Part shown: in pieces, positions 32,900 to 34,698 of the stretch
How positions within the stretch are numbered: the stretch's first letter is position 1
Layout: each line of letters opens with the position of its first letter
NCBI GenBank assembly: GCA_008369845.1
Contig: MRSU01002742.1
Span: forward strand, 1-34,698
Reading direction: 5' to 3'
Origin: Trichomonas gallinae
Lineage: Eukaryota
DNA length: 34,698 nucleotides
Program-made: the position numbers and the translations under genes
Notes under the pieces: model-generated
The model's input: the letters and a program-made list of their open reading frames with translations, nothing else
What the model was told of the DNA's origin: nothing
The model's database searches: none

Positions 32900-33012
32900 G
32901 AAACACTATATTCTATTACGTATTATATTAATGATTGTTTTATATTAAGAAAAAGCAATAATAGATTTCAACTAAAATAACTGTAACCTATTCATATTGC
33001 ATTGCAGAGGGG

Positions 33013-34200
33013 GTGTGAAATCATAACCCTGAAAATGATGGTTCCGAATCGGAGAATTGTCGTTTTTGACAAGACTCTATCACGATTTCCAATATATGAA
33101 AATGCAACATTGGAGAAACTAGTATAGCTTACAACATTAAGTATTTGGATAGAAAGATTTATGCAGTAAGAAATCAAAGTTGGTCTCCTTTAGAAGATAA
33201 TATAATATTATTAGCTTAAAACATATTGTCTTAAGACAATTGTTAACAATTTTATAAATTGGTTCACATTTGGTTTTGATTTTTAATCCTCAAATATTCA
33301 TTGTCACAACAGACTCTGGTCCTATGAGTGATCATTTGAATTGATCAAGGGTTCTCCCTATAAGTAACTGCCATTATTTCCATGAACTTGATGAATATCA
33401 ATTAAAACAATATAGTTTTTTTTTTTAACGATTTTATCAAATTTACATAAATACATAGTCGAAAATGCTGTAAATTTAAATATAGTCTTACTATGGTTTT
33501 ATATTTTAAAATGATGGTAAAAACAATAGTGAACATCAGTACATATATTCATAGATGTACGCATTATATGGAATTGGAAATTCGTAAAAAAAAAAAGAAT
33601 CAAATGAGGCAAATAGAGTGTGAAATCATTACCCTGATAATGAATGACAGCAATTGTGTGCTTAAAATTGATTAATTAAAATTATAACCCTGTAAATGAT
33701 GATTTCAAGTCGATCAATTTCATATTAATGAAAATGAAACTTTTTATGAAAATATTAATATAGCTTACACCATGAAGTATTTGGATAGAAAGCTTTATGC
33801 AGTGATAAATCAGAGTTGACATCCTTTCGAAGACAATATGATCACATTCGCATATCATAATGTCTTATCAATTTTGTAAATGAATTTACCAACATTTTCA
33901 CGTAGGAAACTATCAACTCGATGTTGTAATTAAATTTGGGGATGCATCATTCAACACTCATTACGAACATGTATCATGATGTCATTGAAAAATCTTGAGG
34001 ATTCCCATGGTTTTATCAATAACTATTCCATAAGGAAAATGATAGTGCTCATATTAAGATTGTATCACCGATTTCAAAAATGAACTAAAACATGGATAAA
34101 AAATTTGATATTTTGATTAAGATGAAGAAAAATCCAATATTCAACATCAGTACATATATTTAATAGATGTACGCATTTTATGAAAATGGAAATTCTCAAA
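33013..34200. repeat. Diverged tandem duplication of a ~610-640-bp unit (probable decayed coding sequence)
   Basis: Matching blocks: gtgtgaaatcat.accctga at 33013/33618; tatagcttaca.cat.aagtatttggatagaaag.tttatgcagt at 33123/33759; aacatcagtacatatatt..atagatgtacgcatt at 33532/34143. Confidence 0.85.
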
Positions 34201-34665
34201 AATTATTTAAACTTAAACAAATTGGAGAAAAAAAGTAATTATAAGCATTTGAATATTAATAATTGCATTAGCTTGTTAAGAATTATCTATATTGATTTTT
34301 ACTTTGCTCTCATATTGCACCCATCGTTCCAAAAATAAATATGGCATACGATTATTTACAATTCAAATTTCAATGCATTTCAAGGAAATTTTGAACATGT
34401 TTTTAAGTATGCACTTCAATTATTTATATACTTCAAACATTTTCACGTGCGCCCATAAAAATGATAAAATTTTTAAACAAGGAAATGTTAATCACCTTAC
34501 AAAATCCTTATGATCATATTTAATCAAATGAAATTTGTATTGTTAATCCTTTTCGCTCACAATTTAACTTTTTTATGGAAATTGATAAAAACAATTATGA
34601 ATTTCTGTATTATTATCCCATTAATTTTTACGCATATATATAATTTATTTGCCATCATTGATGAA

Positions 34666-34667
<2 letters not shown>

Positions 34668-34698
<31 letters not shown>
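34668..34698. repeat. Poly(T) tract at window end
   Basis: 31 consecutive T; probably where the contig or window breaks. Confidence 0.95.

Noticed and set aside
34668..34698. Poly(T) as a retroelement tail
   Set aside because: The window ends inside the tract, so no element body or target-site duplication can be assessed.

Overview
AT-rich, intron-free eukaryotic DNA whose gene families and Inr-like promoter motifs point to a trichomonad (Trichomonas vaginalis or a close relative; inferred from gene content, not from a search). Apparently intact genes: the 3' end of an adenylyl cyclase, an NTF2+RRM (G3BP-like) protein, a CK1-family kinase, two paralogues of a small uncharacterised family, a 1492-aa multi-TM PAS/cyclase, an ankyrin + ComEC-type metallo-beta-lactamase fusion, a ubiquitin-like-domain protein, a bacterial-type GNAT, a Pmp-like surface protein and a GT61-like glycosyltransferase. 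Between them lie pseudogenes (HAD hydrolase, truncated TM cyclase, ABC-transporter fragment, Pmp paralogue) and short repeats. The best leads are: the ankyrin-MBL nuclease-like fusion; a cyclase that lost both metal-binding Asp residues but kept the C2-type residues; patchy near-identity between the Pmp gene and its pseudogene; and a paired TTTTGACANGTAAA motif in two unrelated promoters. All family assignments come from reading motifs by eye.
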